Source: Clostridiales bacterium (GTDB lineage: Bacteria; Bacillota; Clostridia; Christensenellales; UBA1242). From it: a stretch of 64,000 bases of DNA. Position 1 is the first letter of the stretch; every line of letters starts with the position of its first letter. Below the pieces are notes generated by a model. That model was not told the origin of the DNA. It saw nothing but the letters and a program-made list of their open reading frames with translations, and searched no databases. The stretch lies in the NCBI GenBank assembly GCA_015055535.1, contig SVIA01000001.1, positions 15,805 through 79,804 of the forward strand, given 5' to 3'. The translations under genes were made by a program, and so were the position numbers. This document shows positions 54,896-63,775 of the stretch, piece after piece.

Positions 54896-55906
54896 TTAAA
54901 TAAAATCTATAACTTCTCCACAAATAGAAGTATTTAAAAATTCTTCTCTATCTTTTTCTTCAATAAAGTTATAAGCACAATAAAGTTTTGCTAATGCAAT
55001 ATTTGTTAATGTATTATAAATAGGCTTTATGTCTTTTTGCAAAAACAAATTTGTTGATGAATAATTAATATCTTGCTTTTTTATATTACATAAATATAGC
55101 GGAATTTGTTTATTCTTACAAAAGTCTGCGAAATTTAAAAAATTAGTATCAGTTTCTCCTTCATAATTTTGAGTATTTGCCGTTCCACTATGATACAAAT
55201 TATGCAATACAAAGTCACAATCAATATTTTTATAAACATTATAATCTAGTCCCAAGTAAGGATGAATAAATAATCCTCTTTTTCCAACGTTTAAATCAAA
55301 TTCAAACTTTTTATTAGACTTTTCTACTTTTGTGTTTTCAAAAACAATTTTGCCATTTATAAATTTAGCAAAAAGATAGTTGTGAGCACTATAGTAACAA
55401 CTGCTGTTTGTTGGAGTTTCTTTCATTCTTACAGCAAGATGAATATTTGCATAATCTTCATCAAAATTTTTATAAGCAACATAAACGTTTGGCTCAACCC
55501 CGCTATCTATTAAACTCACTGCAGCTGCAAAATTTATATTACCATTAGCTCTTTCATCTGTTAATACATAATCACTACTAACTAATACAACTGGAACTTT
55601 TAAATCTTGAAGAATAAAACTTAAATATGCCGCTGTATAAGATAAAGTATCGGTACCATGTGTTAAAATAATACCTTTAATATTTTCTTCTTGACTTTTT
55701 TTAATTTCTTTTGCCATTAAAATTACATTGCCCAAATTTGCATTTTCGCTTAAGATAAAAAGAGGATTAGAAGTTGTAAATCTTTCTAAATTTTTTCCAT
55801 ATTTATTCAATAATAAATATTGAGTTTCCGAATTTGTATTGATATCATTTCCACTTACCAAACTTCCAATAGTCCCACCAGTAAAAATAACTTTAATTTT
55901 TTCCAT
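54896..55906 (-). CDS. type I L-asparaginase / GatD-like amidohydrolase
   Basis: KVIFTGGTIGS (nucleophile Thr motif TGGTI) and ILTHGTDTLSYTA (HGTDT). 336 aa. It starts 10 nt after the stop of the synthetase-like gene, with an AAGGAG SD. Confidence 0.75.
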   Translation of the reverse strand: MEKIKVIFTGGTIGSLVSGNDINTNSETQYLLLNKYGKNLERFTTSNPLFILSENANLGNVILMAKEIKKSQEENIKGIILTHGTDTLSYTAAYLSFILQDLKVPVVLVSSDYVLTDERANGNINFAAAVSLIDSGVEPNVYVAYKNFDEDYANIHLAVRMKETPTNSSCYYSAHNYLFAKFINGKIVFENTKVEKSNKKFEFDLNVGKRGLFIHPYLGLDYNVYKNIDCDFVLHNLYHSGTANTQNYEGETDTNFLNFADFCKNKQIPLYLCNIKKQDINYSSTNLFLQKDIKPIYNTLTNIALAKLYCAYNFIEEKDREEFLNTSICGEVIDFI

Positions 55907-55916
55907 AATTTTCTCC

Positions 55917-57239
55917 TTAATGATTTATTTGTGTGTTTTTTATAATTGCAAAAGGTTTTAAGTATTTAACGTGATTTACATTTACTAAATACCTAACAGC
56001 CCTTTCAATTCCCATTCCAATACCCCCATGTGGTGGAAGTCCAAGTTTATGAAGATCTAAATAGTCTTTATATCTATCATAATCTTGTTTTTTACCTTTT
56101 TGTTCTAAACTTTTCAATATTTCATCATAATCAGTCATTTTTTCTGCACAACCTAATATTTCTCCATATCCATTAGGAGCAATTAAATCGCAGGTTAGAG
56201 TTAAAAAATTGTTATCAGGCTTTCTTTTAAACATAAAACCTTCAACCGTATAAGGAACATATTTTACCCAAACAAAATTTTCATTAAAATGTTTTGTAAT
56301 AATTTCCTCTTGTTTTGCAGTCAAACTTTTCCCATATTTTAAATTTATATTATAACTTTTTAAAATATTAATTGCTTCATCATAAGTAATTAAGATATGA
56401 TTTTTAGGATTTAATTTTTCAAGCTTTTGATTAATTTCGTCTGTAGATAAAAATTCTTTAAATTTATTTGCACAAATTCTAATAGTTTCTTTTGCACAAT
56501 TATAATATAAATCTTGTGCAAAAATAATTAATTCCTCTAAATTAAACCAGGCCATTTCAGCTTTCATATGCATATATTCAACTAAATATCTGTTACTTTT
56601 TACTTTTTCATTTGCATGCGAATTGGTAATTGTAAATAATTTTTCATAAGCAATTAATGCTGGTTCTAAATGGAAAGTAGCACATCGACTCAAACTAACA
56701 TTTTGTCCTTCACTATTAAGCCAAATTGCCCCACTATCATCGTATAAAGTTTGTTTTGTAAGCGTTGGAGGTTCAAATTCAATAAACCCTTTTTTCCAAA
56801 AATAATCTCTCATTTGTTTTTTGAAAACCGACTTTATAAAATAAAGTGCAGATAATTTTTTATTTCTAATGTAAAATGTTTGATGTTTTATTACTTGTTT
56901 ATAATGTATGTCATTCAATACATCTAATTTTGGTTCGTTTGGATATGGCGAAATTTTCAATGTTGACATATTATAAATTTTAAAATCTTCAATTAAAAAT
57001 TCTTTTTTTTCTATACTTTCACTTAAAAAGCCTTGTAGCTCTATACAACTTTCTCTATTCAATTTTTTAAGTAAATCAAAATTATTTGTCTCATTTTTGC
57101 TGGCAAAACACTCTAAACTTCCTGTACTATCATATACATCTAAAAACAATTTATCTTTAATTTGCCTTTTGTTTGCAATCCAGCATTTTAAATTTGTAGA
57201 TTTATTTACTTTTAAATCTTTTATAAAAATTTTTTTCAT
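55917..57239 (-). CDS. class IIb aminoacyl-tRNA synthetase homolog (AsnRS/AspRS-like) with degenerate motif 2
   Basis: N-terminal OB fold (LKCWIANKRQIKDKLFLDVYDSTGSLECF), motif 1 region GFIEFEPPTLT, and motif 3 GLPPHGGIGMGIERAVRYL with YKDYLDLHKLG (compare AsnRS Y.WYLDLR.YG..PH.GFGLG.ER). Where motif 2 should read F-R-A-E-N-S, the sequence is T-N-S-H-A-N-E-K-V-K-S-N-R-Y-L-V-E-Y. Confidence 0.65.
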   Translation of the reverse strand: MKKIFIKDLKVNKSTNLKCWIANKRQIKDKLFLDVYDSTGSLECFASKNETNNFDLLKKLNRESCIELQGFLSESIEKKEFLIEDFKIYNMSTLKISPYPNEPKLDVLNDIHYKQVIKHQTFYIRNKKLSALYFIKSVFKKQMRDYFWKKGFIEFEPPTLTKQTLYDDSGAIWLNSEGQNVSLSRCATFHLEPALIAYEKLFTITNSHANEKVKSNRYLVEYMHMKAEMAWFNLEELIIFAQDLYYNCAKETIRICANKFKEFLSTDEINQKLEKLNPKNHILITYDEAINILKSYNINLKYGKSLTAKQEEIITKHFNENFVWVKYVPYTVEGFMFKRKPDNNFLTLTCDLIAPNGYGEILGCAEKMTDYDEILKSLEQKGKKQDYDRYKDYLDLHKLGLPPHGGIGMGIERAVRYLVNVNHVKYLKPFAIIKNTQINH

Positions 57240-57636
57240 TTTTCCCTTTTTCTATTACATTTAAGTTTTAAAAATTGTATTTATTTATATTTTAATTTAT
57301 TTTTTTAAAAAAAGCAAATAATCAACTCTCTTTTCTATTATTTTTAAAAATCAATATACCTCTTATTTTAAAATAAAATTATTTTCAAAATATTTTAATT
57401 TTTTATAAATATTATAAATTTTAGTTTTAAAAAAATTTGTTTGTTAAATTTAAAATTTATGTTATACTATTTAAAAGAAATTTTAAAACTACAAAAAACT
57501 CAAAATACAACATTTTTAATCAATAATTTAATATTTTTTACTAACTAAATATGTACTTTGTAATAGCATAGAAAAAAGCAAAAATTGTTTTATTTAAAAT
57601 TTATAATACTAAGAATTTCTTAAAAAGGAGATAATA

Positions 57637-58470
57637 ATGTTTGCATTTACTAAAGCAGGAAAAGACTGGAATGAAGATGCTTGTTATGTTTGTAAAAATT
57701 TTGCCTTTGTTTTAGACGGAGAAACAACTCTTGTTAAAAAGAATTTTTCAAACGAACAAAGCGATGCTAAATGGTGTTCAAATTGGTGGGCAAATTATTT
57801 AAAAAAACATCTAAAAAATAAATCAAAAACTATTCCAGAAATTTTAAAAATTGGAACACAAGAATATACAAATGCATTTCAAAATTTAGCTAATGGAGAG
57901 ACAATTCAAGATTTCCCTAGCACAATGGGAAGCATTGTTAGAAATATTGACGGAATGATTGAATTTTATGTATTAGGTAACTGTCCTATTATTTTTAAAA
58001 CAAAAACAAATCATGTTTTTCTTGTTTGTGACCCACTTAACAATATCGTAGATGATATTAATCTTGCTATATATAAAGATATTGCTAATAAAGAAAATAT
58101 TTCCGTGTTAGATGCTCGCACAAAATATCCAGAATATCTGTTAGACGCTAGATTAAATAAAAATTCTTTTGGCGGATACTTTAATTTGTGCAATAAAGTA
58201 GATTCAATTGAGCATGGTATATATAATAAAATATCAACAGAAATTATCGATAAAATTTTAATTTTAAGCGATGGTTATACACAAGTTTTTGATTTAATGA
58301 AGTTTATAACTCCTGAAGAATTAATAAATAATATAAATTGTAAAAAAGATGCAGAAAAAATTTATAATAAATTATTTATAATGCAAGAAGAAGATAAAAA
58401 TTGCAATCAATTTGTTCGTTTTAAAATTCGTGACGATGCTACTTTAGTATGTATGGAAATAAAAAAATAA
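57637..58470 (+). CDS. PP2C/SpoIIE-fold protein phosphatase-like protein
   Basis: WNEDACYV..FAFVLDGET, ILILSDGYTQVF and IRDDATLVCMEI resemble the metal-binding Asp motifs of PPM phosphatases (NED..DG, SDG, DD.T). AAGGAG SD upstream. Confidence 0.45.
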   Translation: MFAFTKAGKDWNEDACYVCKNFAFVLDGETTLVKKNFSNEQSDAKWCSNWWANYLKKHLKNKSKTIPEILKIGTQEYTNAFQNLANGETIQDFPSTMGSIVRNIDGMIEFYVLGNCPIIFKTKTNHVFLVCDPLNNIVDDINLAIYKDIANKENISVLDARTKYPEYLLDARLNKNSFGGYFNLCNKVDSIEHGIYNKISTEIIDKILILSDGYTQVFDLMKFITPEELINNINCKKDAEKIYNKLFIMQEEDKNCNQFVRFKIRDDATLVCMEIKK

Positions 58471-58471
58471 A

Positions 58472-58499
58472 AAGATACTAACAAATCGTATCTTTTTTT
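58472..58499 (+). terminator. rho-independent terminator
   Basis: Stem AAGATAC/GTATCTT with a 9-nt loop, followed by T7. Confidence 0.6.
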
Positions 58500-58505
58500 A
58501 AATTT

Positions 58506-58580
58506 TGGCGTTCCCTAAGGGAATCGAACCCCTAACTGACCCTTAGGAGGGGTCTGTTATATCCATTTAACTAAGGGAAC
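58506..58580 (-). tRNA. tRNA-Arg (anticodon CCT), CCA encoded
   Basis: Minus strand GTTCCCT-TA-GTTA-AATGGATA-TAAC-A-GACCC-CTCCTAA-GGGTC-AGTT-AGGGG-TTCGATT-CCCTT-AGGGAAC-G-CCA. This is a clean cloverleaf, with U33 preceding CCT. Confidence 0.85.
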
Positions 58581-58790
58581 ATTTGCTTATAAATTAAGTA
58601 TAGTGTGATTTGTTAAAAATTGCAAGTTTTAAATGTAATTTTTGCCTTAATCACTATAAGTTTTAGAAAATAAATTTTTATATTTTATATGAAAAAATAA
58701 TTATTGTAATTTTTCAATATTAATTTAAATAAATTTAATTTAACAAAACCTCTACAGATTTATCTATAAAATTCAAGTACTCTTGCATGT

Positions 58791-58974
58791 TTATATCTGA
58801 AAGTATACATTTTTAACACTTAATTCATAATAACCAAATGCTATCTATCTGCATTCCTGTTTATATAAATCCCATTTTTAAAAACAGATTTTTACATTTG
58901 ATATTTTCATCATCAATTCCTGCAGTAAATTTTATTTTTTTAATTTTTTCAAAGTCATAATCACCCCAAATCAT
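58791..58974 (-). pseudogene. possible relic of a GNAT-type acetyltransferase C-terminus
   Basis: MIWGDYDFEKIKKIKFTAGIDDENIKCKNLFLKMGFI* is followed in the +1 frame by YKQECR*IAFGYYELSVKNVYFQI*. This resembles the i.L.V...N..A..LY.K.GF...YY end of GNAT enzymes but is truncated, frameshifted and stop-interrupted. Confidence 0.25.
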
Positions 58975-59055
58975 ATATTTTCTTTTTTTAATTTATTGTG
59001 TTTTTTTATTATTAATAAATGGATAGAAAAACTCTATCCATTTAATAAATGTAAT

Positions 59056-60621
59056 TTAAAAATTTAATAATTTTAAGTAATCTTCGCTATTTGATGCCAT
59101 AAAGAATAGATACAGTCTTGGACCATCATCTTGACCAAATAAAAGATTATAGAAAATTTTAAAATAATGCATTTGATTATTTAAATTTTCTTTTTTAGAA
59201 AGTTCAGGATTATTAATTAAGTCATACATATATTGTTGAACATCATTAACATTCCCTGTTTTTAAAAATTTATAAAGCTTTTTAACTTTATCTTTTTCTT
59301 CTTCAGTTAAATTATTGTAATATTCTTCATTTTTACTTTCTATAACTTTGTAAATTTTGTTTGGCATATAATTTTTTAACCAATATTCAACTTTATCTAG
59401 TCTTTCTAGACTTTCATTGTCATAATCTACACCTGCTTTATTTAAGCTTGTTTTAATAATTTCTTTATTAAAATTACAAATTGGTGACACACTAGATAAA
59501 ATTCCGAACGGAGTTTTAGTTTTAGTTGGTTTTTTAATAAAAGCTAGATCTAAAATATCTCTATTAAATTCATCAATTGTATTATTTAAATAACCTGTAA
59601 CTAATTTATCGAATTCAGAATAATGTCTTAAAATTGTTTCATCAAAACAAAAGTTGAATGCATCTTTTGGTTCATATTTACTAAAAAGCCATCTTACAAT
59701 TTCCGGTTCATAAATGCTTAAAATGGTTTTAGGAGTTAAATTCATTCCGCTAGAGCTATGCATAGAGCCAAGTCCTTGAATACCAAGCCAACCATAACCT
59801 TGGAAAACAGGTGCCTCGTAATTAAATATTTTTTTAGCTATAACGCTACTTACTTGATAACTTCCACCATTTGCAGCGTGGTCTATTCCGCCTGGTTCAA
59901 AGTCTACCCCTTCATATTCCCAACGCATTGGCCAATCTACTTTCCACGAAAGTTTAACTAATTTGTATTCTTCAATATTAACAGTTTTTTCTTCACCACA
60001 TTCTAAACATTTAAAAGTAAGTTCTTTGGTATTTTCATTATAATTTAAAACTTTGACACTATCTTTAAAACATTTATCACAATAAACGCTTATTGGGTAA
60101 TAATTTTCTCTTTCTTCTTCACTCGTTTCTTGTGTTTTAAAACTCATTGTAATATCATAAATTTCTTTACGATTTTTTAATGCGTGTATAATTTGATTAG
60201 TATAATCACCATTTAAATATTTTTCGCTTTGATATTTAATATCAACGTTATCTATACCTAAAATTTTTAGCGCTGCTTCAAATTCATTTTCAAAATGTTT
60301 AGCATAACTTTCTTCTTCAGTTTTAAATGGATTTGGAACTTTTGTATAAGGCATGCCTATATATTTTTCATAACCGTCTACAATATTTGAAACGTTTACT
60401 GGAACTTTTCTAAGCCTATCAAAATTATCCCAACTAAACAATAGTTTTGCTTTTTTGCCTAATTTTTGTAAACTTTTAACAACATAATAACTTGTAACAA
60501 TATCTCTAAAATTACCAATATGTACACTACCAGATGGACTAATACCAGCAGCACATACATATTCTTCTTTGTTTGGTTTTCTTTCTATTAATGTTCTTGC
60601 AATCTTTTCACTCCAATGCAT
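59056..60621 (-). CDS. lysS: class I (archaeal/spirochaete-type) lysyl-tRNA synthetase
   Basis: MHWSEKIA...AAGISPSGSVHIGNFRD (HIGH-type motif), SWDNFDRLRKVP, a Cys-rich insertion YPISVYCDKCFKD...FKCLECGEE, WKVDWPMRWEYEGVDFEPGGIDH, and GSMHSSSG (KMSKS equivalent). Collinear with Borrelia/archaeal LysRS-I. Confidence 0.9.
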   Translation of the reverse strand: MHWSEKIARTLIERKPNKEEYVCAAGISPSGSVHIGNFRDIVTSYYVVKSLQKLGKKAKLLFSWDNFDRLRKVPVNVSNIVDGYEKYIGMPYTKVPNPFKTEEESYAKHFENEFEAALKILGIDNVDIKYQSEKYLNGDYTNQIIHALKNRKEIYDITMSFKTQETSEEERENYYPISVYCDKCFKDSVKVLNYNENTKELTFKCLECGEEKTVNIEEYKLVKLSWKVDWPMRWEYEGVDFEPGGIDHAANGGSYQVSSVIAKKIFNYEAPVFQGYGWLGIQGLGSMHSSSGMNLTPKTILSIYEPEIVRWLFSKYEPKDAFNFCFDETILRHYSEFDKLVTGYLNNTIDEFNRDILDLAFIKKPTKTKTPFGILSSVSPICNFNKEIIKTSLNKAGVDYDNESLERLDKVEYWLKNYMPNKIYKVIESKNEEYYNNLTEEEKDKVKKLYKFLKTGNVNDVQQYMYDLINNPELSKKENLNNQMHYFKIFYNLLFGQDDGPRLYLFFMASNSEDYLKLLNF

Positions 60622-60708
60622 AATTTTCTCCTAAATTAAATTCTAAACTTTATTATATCACAACAAAATATATTTTCAAAGTGTTTTTAAATTTTTATAA
60701 ATATATAA

Positions 60709-60736
60709 ATAAAAAACTTGCATTATTATTTGCAAG
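60709..60736 (-). terminator. weak rho-independent terminator after the LOG gene
   Basis: 6-bp stem CTTGCA/TGCAAG enclosing the stop codon, followed on the minus strand by T6. Confidence 0.4.
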
Positions 60737-61286
60737 CTTTTTTATTTTTAATATCGCTCAAAATGAATTCTATTGCTTCTTCGCTCGAATGAACTATTTT
60801 TATAACTTCTTCAAAAATACCTTCTATAACTAAACCTTCTTCTTCCATTTTTTTAATTTGTTTAATATAATTATCGTAAAATCCATTTATATTAACTAAT
60901 ATTAAAGTTGAAGAATGTTCTTTACTTCTATAAGTTTCAACAAAGTTTGTAACTTCGTCTATAGTTCCAAAACCACCTGGTATGGTAATAATATAAGAAC
61001 ACATATTTTCAATTAAAAGAAGTCTTTGATTTATTGTATCCACTAAATGCAGTTTTTTACAAGGCATATTTTCTACATCTTCTCTATAAGCATTGGGAAC
61101 AATTAATTCCACGTTGTCGCTTAAGTTTAAAAATGCAGAATATGTTGCTCCCATTATACCTTTATCACAACCACCTTGAACATAAGTAAATCCATTTTCT
61201 GCTAGTAATCTACCTAATCTTTTTGCATCTTCTAAGTATAATTCGTTTTTTGGTTTATAAGCTCCCGCTGCTACAAAAACTTTCAT
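60726..61286 (-). CDS. LOG-family (TIGR00730-type) nucleotide phosphoribohydrolase
   Basis: VQGGCDKGIMGA and ITIPGGFGTIDEV (PGGxGTxxE signature). 186 aa. Confidence 0.75.
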   Translation of the reverse strand: MKVFVAAGAYKPKNELYLEDAKRLGRLLAENGFTYVQGGCDKGIMGATYSAFLNLSDNVELIVPNAYREDVENMPCKKLHLVDTINQRLLLIENMCSYIITIPGGFGTIDEVTNFVETYRSKEHSSTLILVNINGFYDNYIKQIKKMEEEGLVIEGIFEEVIKIVHSSEEAIEFILSDIKNKKACK

Positions 61287-61378
61287 AATCGTCCCCTTAA
61301 TTTTAGTATTTCCTTTTTTAATATATTAATTAAAAATTTTAATATTCATAATAATTTAATAATTAAAATTATTTTTTA

Positions 61379-62521
61379 TTATTTTGTGTGATATTCTACA
61401 ACGCTTTCATCAGCTAAAATTTGTTTATATCTTTTAAACATTTTCTTTTTATCTTGTTCAATTTCATCGTGAAATTGATAAAAATATTCTCTTGCTTCTA
61501 ATAATTTATTATATAAATCTGCTTTTTCTTGTGTATCAACTATAAATTCTATTGTGTCATTTTCAAATTTTGCGTTAGGGTCTAGTTCCAAAATTTCATA
61601 TGTTATATTTTCTAAATCTTTCGATAATTCTCTTAACAAAAAGTGTTTATCTAAATGTTCTTTAAATTCACCTTGAAATATAAATTCAAACAATTTTTTG
61701 TGTTGTCTTCTATCAAAATTAACATTTCTAAAAAAGTTTAAATCAACTAAACTAGCACTATCTTTAATTTCTTTAGTAATTTTCCCGTTTTTAACTCTAA
61801 AATTAGCTTCTTTAAATATTTCTTTAGCTTTTTTCATTCCGTAGTTATAACTTTCAACTTCATTAGGTTGTTGATAGTATAAAGCTAGTGCATAGTTAAA
61901 TTCAAATTTTTCTCTATCTTCATCAAGTTTATAATCTTTCTCGTCAGGAAGATCAAAATAATGAACATAATTTAATCTATTTAAATATTCCGTTTGTTTT
62001 TTACTAGCAAATTGAGCATGTTTTAATTCGTGAGCAATAATATCAATATAATAATAAGCCGATTTTGCTTCTTCACAGTTTTGATCTAATAAAAACATAT
62101 GAAAACTATGATCAGTTGGCATATAATAAGCACCTATATTTTCATTCATATTATCATTTGTATCTAAAAAGTAAAATTTAGGCTTATCAATTTTTAATTC
62201 TTCACAAACTCCTTCATAAAACCAATAAAGAGCAACTATTTTAGCTTCGTCATGAAGTTTTGACCAATTAGAGTAATTGAAAATTTTATAAAAATTATCT
62301 CTTGTAAAATCAGTCATTTTTTCTGTTGGATTTCCATCCTTGTCAACTTCAAATAAGATAATATACTCGGTTGTATCTGCTTTAAAAACTTCATGTAATA
62401 AATAATTATTAGCATTTTCTAAAGTTTGTGGATAAGGTCTATCTTTAAAATTTTCCTCACTAAAATAATGTTTAAATCTTTCTGGCAATTTATCTATATA
62501 AGCTGGTCTTAAATATTCCAT
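61379..62521 (-). CDS. hypothetical protein with an HExxH zincin motif
   Basis: IIAHELKHAQF, then about 55 residues downstream YYQQPNEVESYNYG (candidate third ligand Glu). No signal peptide. CAGGAGAA SD upstream. Confidence 0.5.
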   Translation of the reverse strand: MEYLRPAYIDKLPERFKHYFSEENFKDRPYPQTLENANNYLLHEVFKADTTEYIILFEVDKDGNPTEKMTDFTRDNFYKIFNYSNWSKLHDEAKIVALYWFYEGVCEELKIDKPKFYFLDTNDNMNENIGAYYMPTDHSFHMFLLDQNCEEAKSAYYYIDIIAHELKHAQFASKKQTEYLNRLNYVHYFDLPDEKDYKLDEDREKFEFNYALALYYQQPNEVESYNYGMKKAKEIFKEANFRVKNGKITKEIKDSASLVDLNFFRNVNFDRRQHKKLFEFIFQGEFKEHLDKHFLLRELSKDLENITYEILELDPNAKFENDTIEFIVDTQEKADLYNKLLEAREYFYQFHDEIEQDKKKMFKRYKQILADESVVEYHTK

Positions 62522-62598
62522 AATGTTCTCCTGGTTTTAGTATACAAACAAAATTAAAATTTGTCAATATTAAATTTTTTTGCTACACATTAAAAATT

Positions 62599-63706
62599 TT
62601 ACTCGTTATTGTTTTTTATATATTTTAAATAACTTAAAATAAAATCTTCCAATTTTCCATCCAAAATTTCTTCAACATTACTTGTCTCAAAATTTGTTCT
62701 ATGGTCTTTCACCATTGTATAAGGACAAAAAACATAACTTCGAATTTGACTACCCCATTCTATTTTATCTAATTCTCCACTAATTTCACTTATAGTGTTT
62801 TTTTGTTGAGAAATTTTTAAATTTAAAAGTTTACTTTTTAAAACTTTTAATGCATTTTCTTTGTTTTGAACTTGGCTCCTTTCGTTTTGACATGTGACAA
62901 CAATATTTGTTGGAATGTGCGTAATTCTTATTGCACTATCGGTTGTATTTACATGTTGTCCACCAGCGCCACTACTTCTAAATGTATCAATTTTTAACTC
63001 AGCAGGATTTATAACAATTTCATTATCATTTTCAATTTCAGGTATTACTTCTACACTTGCAAAAGTTGTATGACGACGTTTGTTTGCATCAAAAGGTGAA
63101 ATTCTAACAAGTCTATGAACACCCTTTTCGCTTTTTAATAACCCATAAGCATTATCACCTAACACTTTAAAAGTAATACTTTTATACCCCACATCTTCTT
63201 TTAAAAAATCTAAAACAATTAATTTTAAATTTTCATCATCGCAAAATTTTTGATACATTCTAAATAAAATGTTTACAAAATCGTAACTTTCGGTTCCACC
63301 AGCTCCACTATGAAGCGTAACTAACGCATTTAAATTATCATACTTTTCATTCAATAAAGTATTTAAATACATTTTATTTACATTATTATTTAAATTCCAA
63401 AAATCTTTTTCTATTTCTGTTTCAAATTCAATTTTTATATCTTCATCTAACTCATCATCTTTTAAAATTAAAAGGTTATCTTCTAAATTATTACTTAATT
63501 TTATTAAAGATAAAAATTCATCTTTAATCTTTTTTAAATAAGTTAGTTTTTTATTAACCTCAACAAATTTTTCTCTTTCTTTAAAAATATTTTCATCTAA
63601 AAGTTTTTTTTCTAAAGAATTTATTTCTGGGTCATTTTTTTCAAAGACACTCCTTAATAACTAATAACTTATTTTTAATTTCTTTTATTTTTTCTAAATC
63701 CACCAT
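62599..63706 (-). CDS. prfB: peptide chain release factor 2, expressed through a programmed +1 frameshift
   Basis: Frame 0 is ATG 63706 ... MVDLEKIKEIKNKLLVIKECL then TGA (63641-63643). The +1 frame continues EKNDPEINSLEKKLL... into the tracked ORF (MYLNTLL...). SGAGGQHVNTTDSAIRITH carries the GGQ motif. Total 368 aa. Confidence 0.9.
63641..63655 (-). promoter_or_regulatory. prfB autoregulatory frameshift site
   Basis: AAGGAG-TGT-CTT-TGA-A: an internal SD-like AAGGAG (63650-63655), a 3-nt spacer, the slippery CUU (63644-63646), and an in-frame UGA (63641-63643). Confidence 0.85.
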
Positions 63707-63775
63707 ACCATACTATCCTATAAAATTATAAAATTTAAATAATAACTTTTATTTTTTATTTTGTTATTATGTGTA

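Noticed and set aside
57240-57636. T-box riboswitch or other leader upstream of the synthetase-like gene. The 100-nt region upstream of lysS (60622-60725) was checked as well.
   Set aside because: On the minus strand there is no specifier-loop or T-box consensus (no AANNNGGUGGNACCGCG-like sequence). The regions are almost pure A/T with no stable stems.
59017-59043. 10-bp hairpin AAATGGATAG/CTATCCATTT downstream of lysS as its terminator.
   Set aside because: The stem is good, but no U-tract follows it on the lysS (minus) strand, so it is not a canonical intrinsic terminator. It is left unannotated.
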